Shown here piece by piece: positions 16,968 through 27,731 of a stretch of 64,000 nucleotides of DNA (its first letter is position 1; every line of letters starts with the position of its first letter). Location: positions 1-64,000 of the IMG/VR virus record IMGVR_UViG_3300025030_000076. One strand, 5' to 3'. Source of the stretch: a virus. The notes beneath the pieces were generated by a model that ran no database searches, was not told the origin of the DNA, and was given only the letters and a program-made list of their open reading frames with translations. The position numbers and the translations under genes were made by a program.

Positions 16968-17980
16968 ACAACACGCAACCTTTCTGCAAATTCTTCGCGG
17001 TATTCGTCAATATTGTCAACGGCTGGCAAAGCTAAAACATAATCACACGTACCACATGCGCGGTTCTCGCTTCGTTTACCCTCAAGGTGCATCAGGCGAA
17101 AATCCCGTAAACGTTTCCCGTTCCAAATGTCAATAAGGGATTCTGTGTTTACGTTTCCAAGCTGGTGATAATGGGCAAAGTCATCATTACACACGGATAT
17201 ATCGCCATTGCTGTTTACCGTGAGCATGTACATCGTCAACGGGCAGGCAATCTTGTGCGTTCGCGGCGAGCCATCGAAGCTGTTATCCGTACCCAGCCGC
17301 CAGTCTTTCAAATCAGACGTAGACCAGCCGTGTAAACCTTCTATTGCGATGAAGTCGCAGCGATCACTAAAGTCGTCTATGAATTTCTGCTTGTCGGCGT
17401 CGCTAAATCCAACATCAGCTATCTTCGTGCTAATCTGTACGCCGGTATCCCGGCTCCGCTGGTACAGATCAAGCACGTTGGCACGATACTCCTCATAATC
17501 GATCCGCACGCGGGCGATGTCGTAGAAGCCTTGCGCGTGGACGTGTTGGACTGATACGCCAATCATGTCCAGGCCGCAGGTAACGAGGCGGGCGTTGTAG
17601 GAGGGGGAGAGTTTTGATCCATTAGTTTTCAACCAGATGCGTTCAACTGTATCAGCGTCGCGAAGGTATCGCACCATCTCACAGAAACGGGGATGAAGCA
17701 AACTCTCACCATCTTTGTAAACATTGCACTGCCGGATGCGATTAGGGAACGCCCGCAGATCATCCACGACTTTGACCCATAAACCCCAATCCATCAGCGT
17801 GTTCTTTCTGCCTATCTTGCGGAGTAGGTCAGTGTCACCCGTAGGACAATATCGGCAGCGATATTGGCATAAATTTGTCGGCTCCAAAAAGAGCGTCCAG
17901 GGTGTTGATAATGGCACAACGTCTATAAGACGGTCAGTTCTTTTCCCACGCAAATCCTTAGCCTGGATTATCTTAGCCAT
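16964..17980 (-). CDS. Radical SAM/SPASM protein
   Basis: CQYRCRYC motif; C-terminal CP..VNSNGDISVC..CGTC; start revised to MAKIIQ. Confidence 0.9.
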   Translation of the reverse strand: MAKIIQAKDLRGKRTDRLIDVVPLSTPWTLFLEPTNLCQYRCRYCPTGDTDLLRKIGRKNTLMDWGLWVKVVDDLRAFPNRIRQCNVYKDGESLLHPRFCEMVRYLRDADTVERIWLKTNGSKLSPSYNARLVTCGLDMIGVSVQHVHAQGFYDIARVRIDYEEYRANVLDLYQRSRDTGVQISTKIADVGFSDADKQKFIDDFSDRCDFIAIEGLHGWSTSDLKDWRLGTDNSFDGSPRTHKIACPLTMYMLTVNSNGDISVCNDDFAHYHQLGNVNTESLIDIWNGKRLRDFRLMHLEGKRSENRACGTCDYVLALPAVDNIDEYREEFAERLRVV

Positions 17981-18221
17981 CACTCCCGCTTTCTTCATAG
18001 GTGGCAATGTTGCCATTGATGTTATAACGAGCCTGTAGAACATCACCCCTCTTCAATATTGGCCCCCAATCATCCCACCCAATAATGGGGAGTACGTCGC
18101 TCTCGTCTATCAATAAATTTATGTCTTGTGCGAAAGGCACTATCACATAGGCAACGCCTTCTGAAACATCCACCTTTGCGCCGTCAGCGGGGCCGCCAAT
18201 AAGTGAAACCGTTTTAGCCAT
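17973..18221 (-). CDS. Hypothetical protein
   Basis: LIGGPADG motif, overlaps neighbours. Confidence 0.55.
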   Translation of the reverse strand: MAKTVSLIGGPADGAKVDVSEGVAYVIVPFAQDINLLIDESDVLPIIGWDDWGPILKRGDVLQARYNINGNIATYEESGSDG

Positions 18222-18903
18222 TCTTCGCCAGCCATCCCCCATCAATCACGATGGTTTGACCGTACACAAACTCACTTTGAATTAAGTACATCAGCGCCCC
18301 AGCGATCTCCTCCGGCCTTCCGAATCTGCCCGCGGGCGTTATGCTTTCCAGCAGTTCCCGCCTCTGCAAATCAATGTACTCCGCCGTCATCTGCGTATCC
18401 ATGAGACCGGGCGCGATTGCATTAACTCTTATCAGCGGTGCAAGCTCTATTGCCATCGCCCGCGTGAGGCCGAGCAGACCATGTTTCGCGGCGACATAGC
18501 CGGATATGTTGCGCGCTCCCTGGAAGGCGGACGTGGACAGGATATTGATGATGTGTCCGCCGCCGTGGGTAAGCATGTGCCGGGCGGCCTGCTGGGATAG
18601 GTCAAATGGGGCGGTGAGAATCAGATCGAGTTGATATTGCCACTCAGACAGCCAGTAAGCCGTCACAGGTGCATGATGTTGATAGCCCGCGTTATTGACG
18701 AGAATATCCAGCCCGCCTAGTTCTCTCTCGACCTTATCAACGATGTGTTCCCGATCTTGTTCATTCGATAAGTCCGCTTTGATGAACATGTCACAATCCG
18801 CCCTTGTCCTTGCCACAACCGCGACGGTATGCCCCGCGTCCTTCAGCGCACAGACACACGCCGCGCCGATGCCGCGTGAGCCGCCGGTGACAAGGGCAAT
18901 CAC
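18214..18903 (-). CDS. Classical SDR oxidoreductase
   Basis: TGGSRGIG, NNAG, YVAAK, VNAIAPG, IDGG. Confidence 0.92.
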   Translation of the reverse strand: MIALVTGGSRGIGAACVCALKDAGHTVAVVARTRADCDMFIKADLSNEQDREHIVDKVERELGGLDILVNNAGYQHHAPVTAYWLSEWQYQLDLILTAPFDLSQQAARHMLTHGGGHIINILSTSAFQGARNISGYVAAKHGLLGLTRAMAIELAPLIRVNAIAPGLMDTQMTAEYIDLQRRELLESITPAGRFGRPEEIAGALMYLIQSEFVYGQTIVIDGGWLAKNG

Positions 18904-19160
18904 TCGTCCGTGCTTTCTAGCAGTTCCAGCCGCTCGGCGGGTAGTTCGATGTCATAGAAACTTGGAACATATACGCTTACTATTCCTTTACGCCCCGTTC
19001 TGAGTGTTCCACATCTTGAACACCAGTAAACAGAAGCAAAGATTTTATCCATAGTGTTTCCACAGTGACGACATTTGAAAACCAGGTTCATATTCAGGTC
19101 AATATCATTTCGGGCTATATCATTTCGGGCTATCATCTTTTTCCTTTCTACTCGATTCAA
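18900..19160 (-). CDS. Zn-ribbon hypothetical protein
   Basis: CRHC...CSRC. Confidence 0.55.
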   Translation of the reverse strand: MNRVERKKMIARNDIARNDIDLNMNLVFKCRHCGNTMDKIFASVYWCSRCGTLRTGRKGIVSVYVPSFYDIELPAERLELLESTDE

Positions 19161-19191
19161 TTATAGTCCGCATGTTCGAATTTTAAAAGTC

Positions 19192-19887
19192 TCAAATCGT
19201 AAACTCGTTTCCATCTTTGTCTGTTATCGAGCAATCGCAGTTATATCCGTTGCAATCCATACCTGCCCCCGGCTTGCGTGGGATGTAATTATTGTCAATG
19301 AGCCAGCTTATTCGATGCCTCTTACCGTCCAGGCTGATGCACGTGGCGCAATGCTTCTCGGTTGCGCCCAAATGCCATGTTACCAACTGGTTTCTTGACC
19401 CGCGCAACACCGCCTCATTATAGAAACCATCAAGACCACTTGCCCATCCATTCGCTCTCCCCAGCGCCTCCGCTGTGGCGTTTACGCCTGCCTGTGCAGA
19501 CAGGTCGCCTTTCCGTAGCTCCCGCAGATTCTCAAAGAGTTGATCCACGAAACTAAGCTGCGCGTCCAGTTCCGCCCGCGCCCAAGCAGCCGTCTCCGCG
19601 TCAAGCGGCAATTCCGCACCAGCGTCTGTATAGCCCACGTCCGCCGTCTCGACATATGCCTTCGAGATAGCCGCAGCCATCAACGCCTTGTATATCGTGA
19701 TGTAGCCTGAGCCGGTTAGATAATCGTATATCGCATCGTGGATCTCGCCGCTCATCTCGGCGCGGATAGAGGTGTAATCGCCGGATGCTTTCAGCGCCGC
19801 GAGTGTGGCTACGGAGAGGTGCGGGAGGACTTCCGGCACTAGCCGCACAGCCGCACGCAGGGAGGCGAGTAGGATGGTTTTATTCAT
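19192..19887 (-). CDS. Head morphogenesis (MuF/gp7-like) protein
   Basis: W..GATEKHCATC...C.GYNCDC, downstream of portal. Confidence 0.7.
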   Translation of the reverse strand: MNKTILLASLRAAVRLVPEVLPHLSVATLAALKASGDYTSIRAEMSGEIHDAIYDYLTGSGYITIYKALMAAAISKAYVETADVGYTDAGAELPLDAETAAWARAELDAQLSFVDQLFENLRELRKGDLSAQAGVNATAEALGRANGWASGLDGFYNEAVLRGSRNQLVTWHLGATEKHCATCISLDGKRHRISWLIDNNYIPRKPGAGMDCNGYNCDCSITDKDGNEFTI

Positions 19888-20591
19888 CCATCACCTCAAG
19901 GACGTACCAGGCGAGTAATTCGTCCTCATCGTCTATCTCCGGCGGACGGCGGCGCACAGGCGCGTGCATGAGAAGCCAGCCAGCATTATCCGCCGCTGCT
20001 TCCGCCCCGTTGTAGGGGATTGCCGCGTCGTAGTTGATAGCGTCATCGTAGTCGGTGATCGCCATTATCCCTCAGGCTTCGGCAGCGGCACGACGCCGGA
20101 GGCGATGACCAGCCGGTAGTCGCCTGTATCCTGGCTCTGCTTCCAGCGCGGCTCAAATGCGATGTTGAAGCCGGTACGCTGACAGAGTTCGCGATATTCT
20201 TTCGCGAACTCCTCAGCCGTGTACTTGTGCGGCGTCACCGCCGGGGCGGGGGTGGTGTTTCCTTTTGCCATTATCTACCTTTCTACAAACTAAAACTGGA
20301 GCGCATCCGGTCAATGTTTGCGCGTGTATTTGCGTCTGCTGCGATTGCGCTGCCATTCATCAGATTGTTGTATTTCGCGGCGGTCGTGAAAAATGCGAGT
20401 GCCTCCGCCACTGTGAACCCTGCTTCTGCGGGAATGTCAGCAGAAACAATTGGGTCTGCTCCACCTGCGTTCCAGCCCTGATTGACCAGGACCGACCCCG
20501 CATCTTTGATTGCCGCGTCAAGGATCGCCATCATGTTCGCGATGTTCTGTGCCCGCTGAAGAAACGTATATTTTTGTGCTGAATCTGCCAT
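19880..20591 (-). other. Three small hypothetical CDSs (19880-20065, 20065-20271, 20283-20591)
   Basis: Abutting same-strand ORFs in the head operon. Confidence 0.55.
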
Positions 20592-20602
20592 GTCAAAACT
20601 CC

Positions 20603-22252
20603 TTATGCAAATAGATTTACGCCCGTTGCAGAACCGAGTCTTGCTTCCAATTCCGCTACTCGTGTTTGCAAGTTGGCGATAACTGATAGAACCGTGTTGC
20701 CCTCATCCTGGGTAACGAACCCATAAGGCGCAACATTGGTCAAGTTCTGGATTGCGTAATCCGGCGTCGGGGCTGTGAACGTGATGGTCGTCAGTTGTGT
20801 AGTGAGTGCCGCACCGCGCACAACCGTGGTCCCGCCGTAAAATGCCAGCCGCGCCGCCGTCCCGCTGGCTTCTATCTCCATCCCCAAGCGCGCCGCCGTG
20901 TCGTAGGCTGAGAGAGACAGTTTGGCTTTGCGTGTGGCGTTGGTTGCATCAATCCATGAGGTTGAGATAATTCCTTGAGGCTGGGAAGTGTTGTTGGTGG
21001 CTGTCTCTGCATACCATGACAGCCCAACACCAAACCCTGCCGAACCACCTGTTGATGCCGTTGAAACAATTGCCTGTATTCGTTCAACTTCTAGTACCGC
21101 GTTTGTCGTTGTGGTCGAATCGATAATATGCAATTTTGCAGAAGCAGAAGTACTACCAATCCCAACGCTCCCGGCAATTATCATACCGCTTGCTGGAGCA
21201 GCAGCAGATCGATAAGATGCATCCGAACCTATGGATACCCCTCCACCAATATATAACTGCGAACCTGGCTGAGTTGCAGAAATGCTTGAGTCGCCAATAA
21301 CAACTTTTGAGCCGCCAGTTTTGCCAAGATTCAAAGCTCCATACGCTAAGTTGTCGCCCCTCACAACGTCCCATAATGGCGCTCCAGTTGAGATTACTAA
21401 TCTGTTAAAATATCCAGTGGACAATCCCAAATAATCAACATCTCCAAACCATAACTGCTTATTAGCTAGGGCGTTATATCCCAATGCCACAACACAACCA
21501 GTCCCGGTGTCCACACCCCCAATAGACATACCTGTGAAAATAAATCCGTCCGTCGTTGCTTTTTGTGTGAGCGTAAGACTGGTTGTTGGTACGCCATTGA
21601 TACCAACTCTTGCGTTTGTAGTGTCCACAATAAAGACATTATCTTTTACCCCATCCTGCTCCGCTAGCAAGGCCAAAGTAGAATTAACATTTATTTTTTG
21701 AATGGCGGTAAACACATTCGCCGTCGCCAGCAGCGCCGCCGTCCCTGTCGCCGGAACAGTCAGCGTGAAGCCTCCCAGCGCAACCGTTCCCCCGCCTGTG
21801 ATGGTTGTATTCGATGCGTTGGTTATCGTGCCTGTGTTCGCGACACCAGTCCCGCCGTTGGCTGCCGAGAGGGGCAGGGTAAGCGCGGCCTGTCCGCCAA
21901 TCGTAGCCAGAACCGCCGTCCCGTTTGCATCGTCCAAGATCGTGCGTGCGAAGGCAGACAGCCCCGTTTCTGCCCACGTATCCAGCGCCGTTGTATAAAG
22001 CATCTTGTCGGCGGCTGTGCCGAGCAGGGCGATGCTGGTCAGGGTTGCGTCAAGCGGCTGTCTGTTGGCGACCTTGTAATCCAACGACGCCGTGACCGCC
22101 GAGCTATCTACCCCGACCTTCGCTTCAAGCGCCTCCACCGCGTCGTTGATGCTGGCGTGCTGGGTCGAGTGTAGGACGGCGGGCGTAGAGAGATTGTCCG
22201 CCGGGGTCGGGTTGGTAAAGTCATCGAGTGTTGTTGGGAATGTGGTCGGCAT
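20603..22252 (-). CDS. Fibre-like virion protein
   Basis: QPLDATLT..ADKMLY..LSAFARTILDD fibre repeat, VGIG motifs, C-terminal coiled coil. Confidence 0.7.
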   Translation of the reverse strand: MPTTFPTTLDDFTNPTPADNLSTPAVLHSTQHASINDAVEALEAKVGVDSSAVTASLDYKVANRQPLDATLTSIALLGTAADKMLYTTALDTWAETGLSAFARTILDDANGTAVLATIGGQAALTLPLSAANGGTGVANTGTITNASNTTITGGGTVALGGFTLTVPATGTAALLATANVFTAIQKINVNSTLALLAEQDGVKDNVFIVDTTNARVGINGVPTTSLTLTQKATTDGFIFTGMSIGGVDTGTGCVVALGYNALANKQLWFGDVDYLGLSTGYFNRLVISTGAPLWDVVRGDNLAYGALNLGKTGGSKVVIGDSSISATQPGSQLYIGGGVSIGSDASYRSAAAPASGMIIAGSVGIGSTSASAKLHIIDSTTTTNAVLEVERIQAIVSTASTGGSAGFGVGLSWYAETATNNTSQPQGIISTSWIDATNATRKAKLSLSAYDTAARLGMEIEASGTAARLAFYGGTTVVRGAALTTQLTTITFTAPTPDYAIQNLTNVAPYGFVTQDEGNTVLSVIANLQTRVAELEARLGSATGVNLFA

Positions 22253-24229
22253 TTACTTACTCTCTATCTCTGTGATCTTGCCGTCCGCACCGCGCTTGAT
22301 GGTCGCCTTTCGCGGCTTCCGCTCCTCTTTCTGGATAACAACATCGGACGGCTGGACCGTGATATTATTCTCTACCGGAGTTGGCTGGACCGTGTTAGTC
22401 ACACTTACTGCCACCTCCGACGGATGGATGACGGGCGCAAATGCTACCTCCGACGGATGGATGATTGGCGCGAATGTCACGTTCGGCGGGGGTAGGGGAT
22501 TCGCAACCGCCTGCTTCATTGCCGCCAGATTTTCCGTCATTGCCTTGACCGCTGCAATCGTTTCTTTGCTGGTCATATCCACGTTAGCAGGATTTGTAAT
22601 GTTGATAATCATTTCATCTCTCCCATGTGCGACTGTCGGCTCCACATTCGCGGCGACAATCGCCCGCTCGATGGTCAGCGCCAGCGCCTTGATCGCTTCG
22701 GTATTATCGGGTACAGGCTGATACACCGGCGCGGGCGTGGTCGTCTCGCCGATTACAAATGCCGCCGCAATATCTCCCTCATTCTTTGCGTCCGCCAGTC
22801 TGAGGCGGATCGGAGCGGCAATGGTCTCGCGCAAGTGTTTGCACTCCCAATCCACCGCCGTGCCTTTGCCTTTCGCGTGCCACTGCCGCGCCCGGTCGTA
22901 CCATAACGCCAAATCCTTGATTTCATCGGCGGTAAGGTCAAAAGACTTCTTCGGCTCCTGCTCCTCTTCCGACTCCGCCACGACCGGCTCGCCTTGCTCC
23001 GCGACCGGCGGCTTCGTCTGCTCCGCCACGTTTTGCCGCGCTTCCTCTTTCGCCGAGATAAGTTTCTCCAATTGCTCCTGTTGTGCCTTGTCAAGATCGT
23101 AGCCGAGTATTGACATCCCCAACTGCGCCACCTCCGGGTTATCTGCAATGGAAGATACAAGAGAGCCGAGCGACTCTGCCCGTTTACTTTCATCCTCCTG
23201 GAATATCTCAAGCGCCTCCAGGTTGAAGCGCATCTTGTAGCCGTAGGGCTTGAATAACTGGTCGGTGAATGTTTCCTCAATTGTCTGCTTGATGCCGACA
23301 AAGCGGGAGGCGGTGTACCACTGTTTACGCAGCGCGTCGAATTCGCTGGCGAAGGCGTTGTCGGACATGAACAGGGCGGTCGGGATGCCGAAACTATCCG
23401 AGACAGATTCCTTTGCGTCCCGGCGCAGTTCGATATATGATTGCTTGAGTTCATCCATCCCAGCGCCGACGCGGATAAGAGATAGCGCATCCGCGTTGAC
23501 GATCTTTGCCAGCACGTTGAAGCCACCGCGCAACAAGCGGTCGAAGAAGCCCTCCGCCTTTTCCCGCTCCCCCTGGTTCACCATCCCTTTCGCGCCGAGC
23601 AGGGTTATCGGAACGAAACCACGCTCGCCATACATCCGCATGGTGTTTTTCATGTTCCAGATGACCTGCGCGTCCAACGTTGCATTGCCGAGCGGGTGAT
23701 TTTCGGCGGGACCAATCTCCACATCGCTATCTGGCAGCCAGAAATAAATGATCTTGTTCGGATATACCTTCTCCGCCTTGCCCCGTTGCGCCGTACGCTC
23801 GAACCACTGCAAGCCGTTTATGTCGATATAGGGCTGGATCGTTCCCGGCGCACAGTATTGCAAGTTAACGATCATTTTGGTGGTGCGCCATGGAATGAGA
23901 TACGCCGCGCCGCCGCATAGTGATGAGGCGATCAGGTAGATGATCTTCTGCGGGTTCGGCAGCCCGCCCAGGTTGTTTTTCCAGTTCGCCGACGTATCGA
24001 AAATATCGTCGTTCTTATCGAGTATGTCGAACGGCAGGGACGAGATCGCCACGGCGGTCATATCTACCGCGTGTGCCAGGTCAGGGACAAACTTTTTTAG
24101 CGACGTGACGTTACCCGTCTGCCCAGTCCTGGACGCCTCAAGGAACCCCTCAATGCCTCCCCAGGGAGAAAAATCAAATCCAGATTTATAGGGGTTTGGA
24201 CTTGCAAAAATGAATGGTGAATTCGTCAT
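22253..24229 (-). CDS. Portal protein with C-terminal extension
   Basis: Directly after TerL; FGIP motif; Pro/Val repeat tail. Confidence 0.8.
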   Translation of the reverse strand: MTNSPFIFASPNPYKSGFDFSPWGGIEGFLEASRTGQTGNVTSLKKFVPDLAHAVDMTAVAISSLPFDILDKNDDIFDTSANWKNNLGGLPNPQKIIYLIASSLCGGAAYLIPWRTTKMIVNLQYCAPGTIQPYIDINGLQWFERTAQRGKAEKVYPNKIIYFWLPDSDVEIGPAENHPLGNATLDAQVIWNMKNTMRMYGERGFVPITLLGAKGMVNQGEREKAEGFFDRLLRGGFNVLAKIVNADALSLIRVGAGMDELKQSYIELRRDAKESVSDSFGIPTALFMSDNAFASEFDALRKQWYTASRFVGIKQTIEETFTDQLFKPYGYKMRFNLEALEIFQEDESKRAESLGSLVSSIADNPEVAQLGMSILGYDLDKAQQEQLEKLISAKEEARQNVAEQTKPPVAEQGEPVVAESEEEQEPKKSFDLTADEIKDLALWYDRARQWHAKGKGTAVDWECKHLRETIAAPIRLRLADAKNEGDIAAAFVIGETTTPAPVYQPVPDNTEAIKALALTIERAIVAANVEPTVAHGRDEMIINITNPANVDMTSKETIAAVKAMTENLAAMKQAVANPLPPPNVTFAPIIHPSEVAFAPVIHPSEVAVSVTNTVQPTPVENNITVQPSDVVIQKEERKPRKATIKRGADGKITEIESK

Positions 24230-24238
24230 TTGTCCTCT

Positions 24239-25483
24239 TTAGCTAACCAGCCATGTATCGATCATGTCGCCCTCGTGCGCGTACCTGCCAGCGGCTATCA
24301 GATGGTCGTTCTTCTCGACCGGCTTACGTATTGCGTTGCCGTTAGCATCTTCCTGCCAGTGAAAAGTAGAAATCTCGTTCTTTGCGTTGACGCATTTCGC
24401 ATCAATGATGATCTCTTGCTGTTGCAGCCATTGGATACCGAATAATACGCTATCCTTGCCCTTGACCGCCGCAAGCGCCGAAACGCCATACTGCTGTAAT
24501 TCGGCGATGGATTTCGGCTCGGCGCTATCACAGACTACGTAATCCGAGCCGATCCTGTTCTTTACTTCCACGGCCAGCAGGTCATTTGTAAGCCCGCGCT
24601 CGTACAACTCATCGAAGATATAAATGCGTTTGTGCTTCGCGTCATAGTGAGACACCCACAGGGCGGCGGGGTCTGCTGAGAAGCCGAAATCCAGGCCGTT
24701 GCGGTGGTTGGTGAATTGCGCCTGCATCCCGGACAAATCCTCTACCCGCCAGTTGGTGAAGATGACATAGCCGAGAATGCCCCAGTTGCCTTCTGAATAT
24801 ACGTCAAAATAATACTTATCCTTCTCGTTTTCCAAGCCCCTAACATCTTCCCTGGTAAGAAACCTATTGTCTCGGTATGTAGTTTTTAGAATGTATAAAT
24901 CGGGCGACTTATATTCTTTCTGGTCGTCAGTCCACCCAATCATTGAGAAGTAATCCGCATAGATAAAATGTGATTGTAGAATTGGATTAAATGACAGCAT
25001 CAGCCTCTTAGGTGTTTTCTCGCTCCCCCCGCGCTGACGCTTCAAAAGTTGTTTGATGATTGACGAACGTTCTATTTCTGTTGCCTCTTCAATGCGAACA
25101 TCAGTGAATACACCTTTAGCCGGGGTCAGGCTTTTTAGCTTCTCAACATCATCTAAACCTGCAAATATTATCTGGTATCCGTTTACACAAGTCACTGTCC
25201 CGTCTGTTTTATTTATAGAGAACAAATCAGACAAACCCCAATCCCTAATAACTTTTGTTATCTCTTGCACAACTGAGCCGCGAAGCGTACGCGCCACCTG
25301 CCTGCAAACAAGGAAATTACGTCCGCCCTTCATAATGTCCCTGATGTCACGTTGCGCCAAAAAAACAGACTTTCCAGACGACGCACCGCCATAGTAAATT
25401 TGTATTCGCGCCATTTCGTTTAAACACGGAATATAGGCATCATTAAACACGGCGGGGTCTATATCTACATTAATCATTGTCAT
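24239..25483 (-). CDS. terL: Terminase large subunit (PBSX type)
   Basis: YGGASSGKS, GLDDVEKLKS, EEATE, SFNP, GLDFGF, DSAEP, NDH. Confidence 0.95.
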   Translation of the reverse strand: MTMINVDIDPAVFNDAYIPCLNEMARIQIYYGGASSGKSVFLAQRDIRDIMKGGRNFLVCRQVARTLRGSVVQEITKVIRDWGLSDLFSINKTDGTVTCVNGYQIIFAGLDDVEKLKSLTPAKGVFTDVRIEEATEIERSSIIKQLLKRQRGGSEKTPKRLMLSFNPILQSHFIYADYFSMIGWTDDQKEYKSPDLYILKTTYRDNRFLTREDVRGLENEKDKYYFDVYSEGNWGILGYVIFTNWRVEDLSGMQAQFTNHRNGLDFGFSADPAALWVSHYDAKHKRIYIFDELYERGLTNDLLAVEVKNRIGSDYVVCDSAEPKSIAELQQYGVSALAAVKGKDSVLFGIQWLQQQEIIIDAKCVNAKNEISTFHWQEDANGNAIRKPVEKNDHLIAAGRYAHEGDMIDTWLVS

Positions 25484-25484
25484 T

Positions 25485-26105
25485 CTATTTCTTTTTCCAC
25501 GTCCAATGTTTACCTAATGTATTTGTATTGCCTTTCATTGCATTAGCTATGCCTTGTTTATTCTTGTCTGAAAGCGGCTTGCCTTTTAGTGCGGCTGAAA
25601 TCTTTTGTTTCGCCTTCGCTGTGTGCGCTCCTTTAGAAACACCAGTATGAGATACAGAGATTTTCCGCTTAGTTTCTTCGGATGGTCGCCATCCATTTGC
25701 CTTGTGAGACATGGACATTTTCTGCCGAGTTTCAATTGTGTGCCTCTCACCAAGGTTGGCAATAGCAAGTTTCAGCCTAGTCGCCAATGAGCGCGGCGTT
25801 CCAGCCTTGCTGCCAGCCGTCACACAGACGTTGTATTCAGGATTACAGGAATCTAGATAATCCTGTTCGTAAATCAAAAGGTCGGTGCGTAAACAGGCAA
25901 CAAGTATTACAAAATCGAAGTTTTTAGCCCCGTATTTATTCCAAGCGCGTTGCAGATGTATGCTGTGATGTTTCCCCGCGTTAAGTAATGAGATGTGTTT
26001 TTTCCATCGGCTTTCAATATTCCACGACGAGCCTACGTATCTTTTGCCGTCTGCTTTGTTTACAATGGCATAAACCCCACTTGTCTTGTGTGTTAAAATG
26101 TTCAT
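25485..26105 (-). CDS. GIY-YIG homing endonuclease with NUMOD3 repeats
   Basis: SGVYAI..YVGSS..R..H; HTIETRQKMS-type repeats; sits between terS and terL. Confidence 0.9.
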   Translation of the reverse strand: MNILTHKTSGVYAIVNKADGKRYVGSSWNIESRWKKHISLLNAGKHHSIHLQRAWNKYGAKNFDFVILVACLRTDLLIYEQDYLDSCNPEYNVCVTAGSKAGTPRSLATRLKLAIANLGERHTIETRQKMSMSHKANGWRPSEETKRKISVSHTGVSKGAHTAKAKQKISAALKGKPLSDKNKQGIANAMKGNTNTLGKHWTWKKK

Positions 26106-26193
26106 ATCAGCACTCCTATGCTGGTCACGCCCTCGGATGTCCAACCATCGCGGGGGCATTTCCTGAATATTTGTTCTATTATAGCACGTGACG

Positions 26194-26580
26194 TTATTCA
26201 TCAATACCTTTGACTGTGACAGTAATTGTCAGCGGCGCGCCAAGTGGCCCGCCGATTTCAACATTATCCCCATACCCGCGCTTTTTGCCGCGCTTGGACA
26301 GTAGCCATTTGGCGTCGCCAGCATCAACCGGCTTCTGCGTCTGCTCCTGTTCCTTTACGGCATAGGCGATATTCTTGACCAGCACGCTTTCTGCCATGTC
26401 AAGCGGTAACTCGCACTCCGCATCATAGGCGGCCTGTGCTTCGGGGTATACAGGAATAGCATCCTTAGCCGTAGACCATGAGACATCCAGCCGCGCCGCG
26501 ATAGTCGAGACAATGCCGCCGCTGCCTGCGATTGCCTTGAGTAGTTGCGCCTTGCGTATCTTGGTCGGATGCTTTGCCAT
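26194..26580 (-). CDS. Terminase small subunit
   Basis: N-terminal HTH, D.AES.L and KKRGY motifs, position. Confidence 0.7.
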   Translation of the reverse strand: MAKHPTKIRKAQLLKAIAGSGGIVSTIAARLDVSWSTAKDAIPVYPEAQAAYDAECELPLDMAESVLVKNIAYAVKEQEQTQKPVDAGDAKWLLSKRGKKRGYGDNVEIGGPLGAPLTITVTVKGIDE

Positions 26581-26597
26581 TCGCGTTATTCTCAGAA

Positions 26598-27731
26598 TTA
26601 CTCTAGATTCCAGACTTTCTGTGCTTCGTCTTTTGACAAAGCAGAGCCGATGTATTCAAAGGTAGCTCTAAATCTTATGGCGAAGCCTTTTGTTTTTTGG
26701 GAAACGACTTCACAGGGGAAGTCGTTTCCCATTGTCTGTGTGCTTATGTTTGGTTTTGCTATCATGCGCCATTTTCCAGATTTAGCCCGTGCTCGTATCA
26801 TTGCCGGGTGGGAAGTCTGCGAGATAAAAGACCATCCCAACCCCTTACACAATGCGCCGATATATGCGCTCATTGCGTTCCCAATCCCTACGCCTTGATA
26901 ATCGGGTAGACAAACCGTCCGATGTTCGCGCTTTGTGTTCTTGCGCGTCGGATGCGGGAAATGCAAAACAGCCGTAAACGCTACGGGTATATCGTTCCAA
27001 AAGGCACAGAAACAAACAGATGATGTGTTCAATTTTGTATCTAAATAATGATGCTTCCTGAATAATTGCCAAGCGGACGAATGAACGCGCTTGACTTCGA
27101 GAATGATTTGAGGTCGCTGAAGATACCTCCCGCTCGCAAACTCATTGGTCGCGGGCTGGTATATCCAATCAGGTTGTAGCCACTCCATAATGTCATAATG
27201 ACAGGACACTGCAATAAACTTCTGCTTTCTTCGCCTCACGGTCTTGGCTATTGCCGCGCTTCCTATCTGTGCAACCGTCCTGTCTATAACACTTGTAAAC
27301 TCATCTACCACTGACAATTCCTTACTCTCTGCCAATGTTCGCGCCATATTAACGCGGAACTGTTCGCCGTTACTCAGTACATGGAACGGGCGCACCCAGG
27401 ACGGCGGCGAAGAAAACCCAACAGATGACAATAAATCTGTAATCTCTTTGATGCTCATATCCTTCGGAAAATCATCAAGGATACTTTTGTTTTGCGACCA
27501 TTGCCAATCTTTGACAATGTAATCACCGAACAATTCACGCGCTACGGTTGTCTTACCGCTCCCGCTTGGTCCCACAATCAAGCCGATATTCCATTCTTGC
27601 GGCAAGTCGAAATTAACCTGCCACGTTTCAATGCTTCTCTCAGACGGCGGAACGTCAAAAATCCCAAGCATCTGCATTAGACGCGGCGTCTTTATGATGT
27701 CAGATTGTTTTATGATATTAATGCTCGGCAC
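26598..27731 (-). CDS. ABC-type ATPase fused to GNAT/Mom-like acetyltransferase
   Basis: GPSGSGKT, LSNGEQFR, VDEFTS; HHYL and RTVCLPDYQGVGIG. Confidence 0.85.
   Translation of the reverse strand: MPSINIIKQSDIIKTPRLMQMLGIFDVPPSERSIETWQVNFDLPQEWNIGLIVGPSGSGKTTVARELFGDYIVKDWQWSQNKSILDDFPKDMSIKEITDLLSSVGFSSPPSWVRPFHVLSNGEQFRVNMARTLAESKELSVVDEFTSVIDRTVAQIGSAAIAKTVRRRKQKFIAVSCHYDIMEWLQPDWIYQPATNEFASGRYLQRPQIILEVKRVHSSAWQLFRKHHYLDTKLNTSSVCFCAFWNDIPVAFTAVLHFPHPTRKNTKREHRTVCLPDYQGVGIGNAMSAYIGALCKGLGWSFISQTSHPAMIRARAKSGKWRMIAKPNISTQTMGNDFPCEVVSQKTKGFAIRFRATFEYIGSALSKDEAQKVWNLE

Noticed and set aside
22380-22490. 30-nt direct repeats
   Set aside because: Encode FAP(I/V)IHPSEV repeats in the portal tail.
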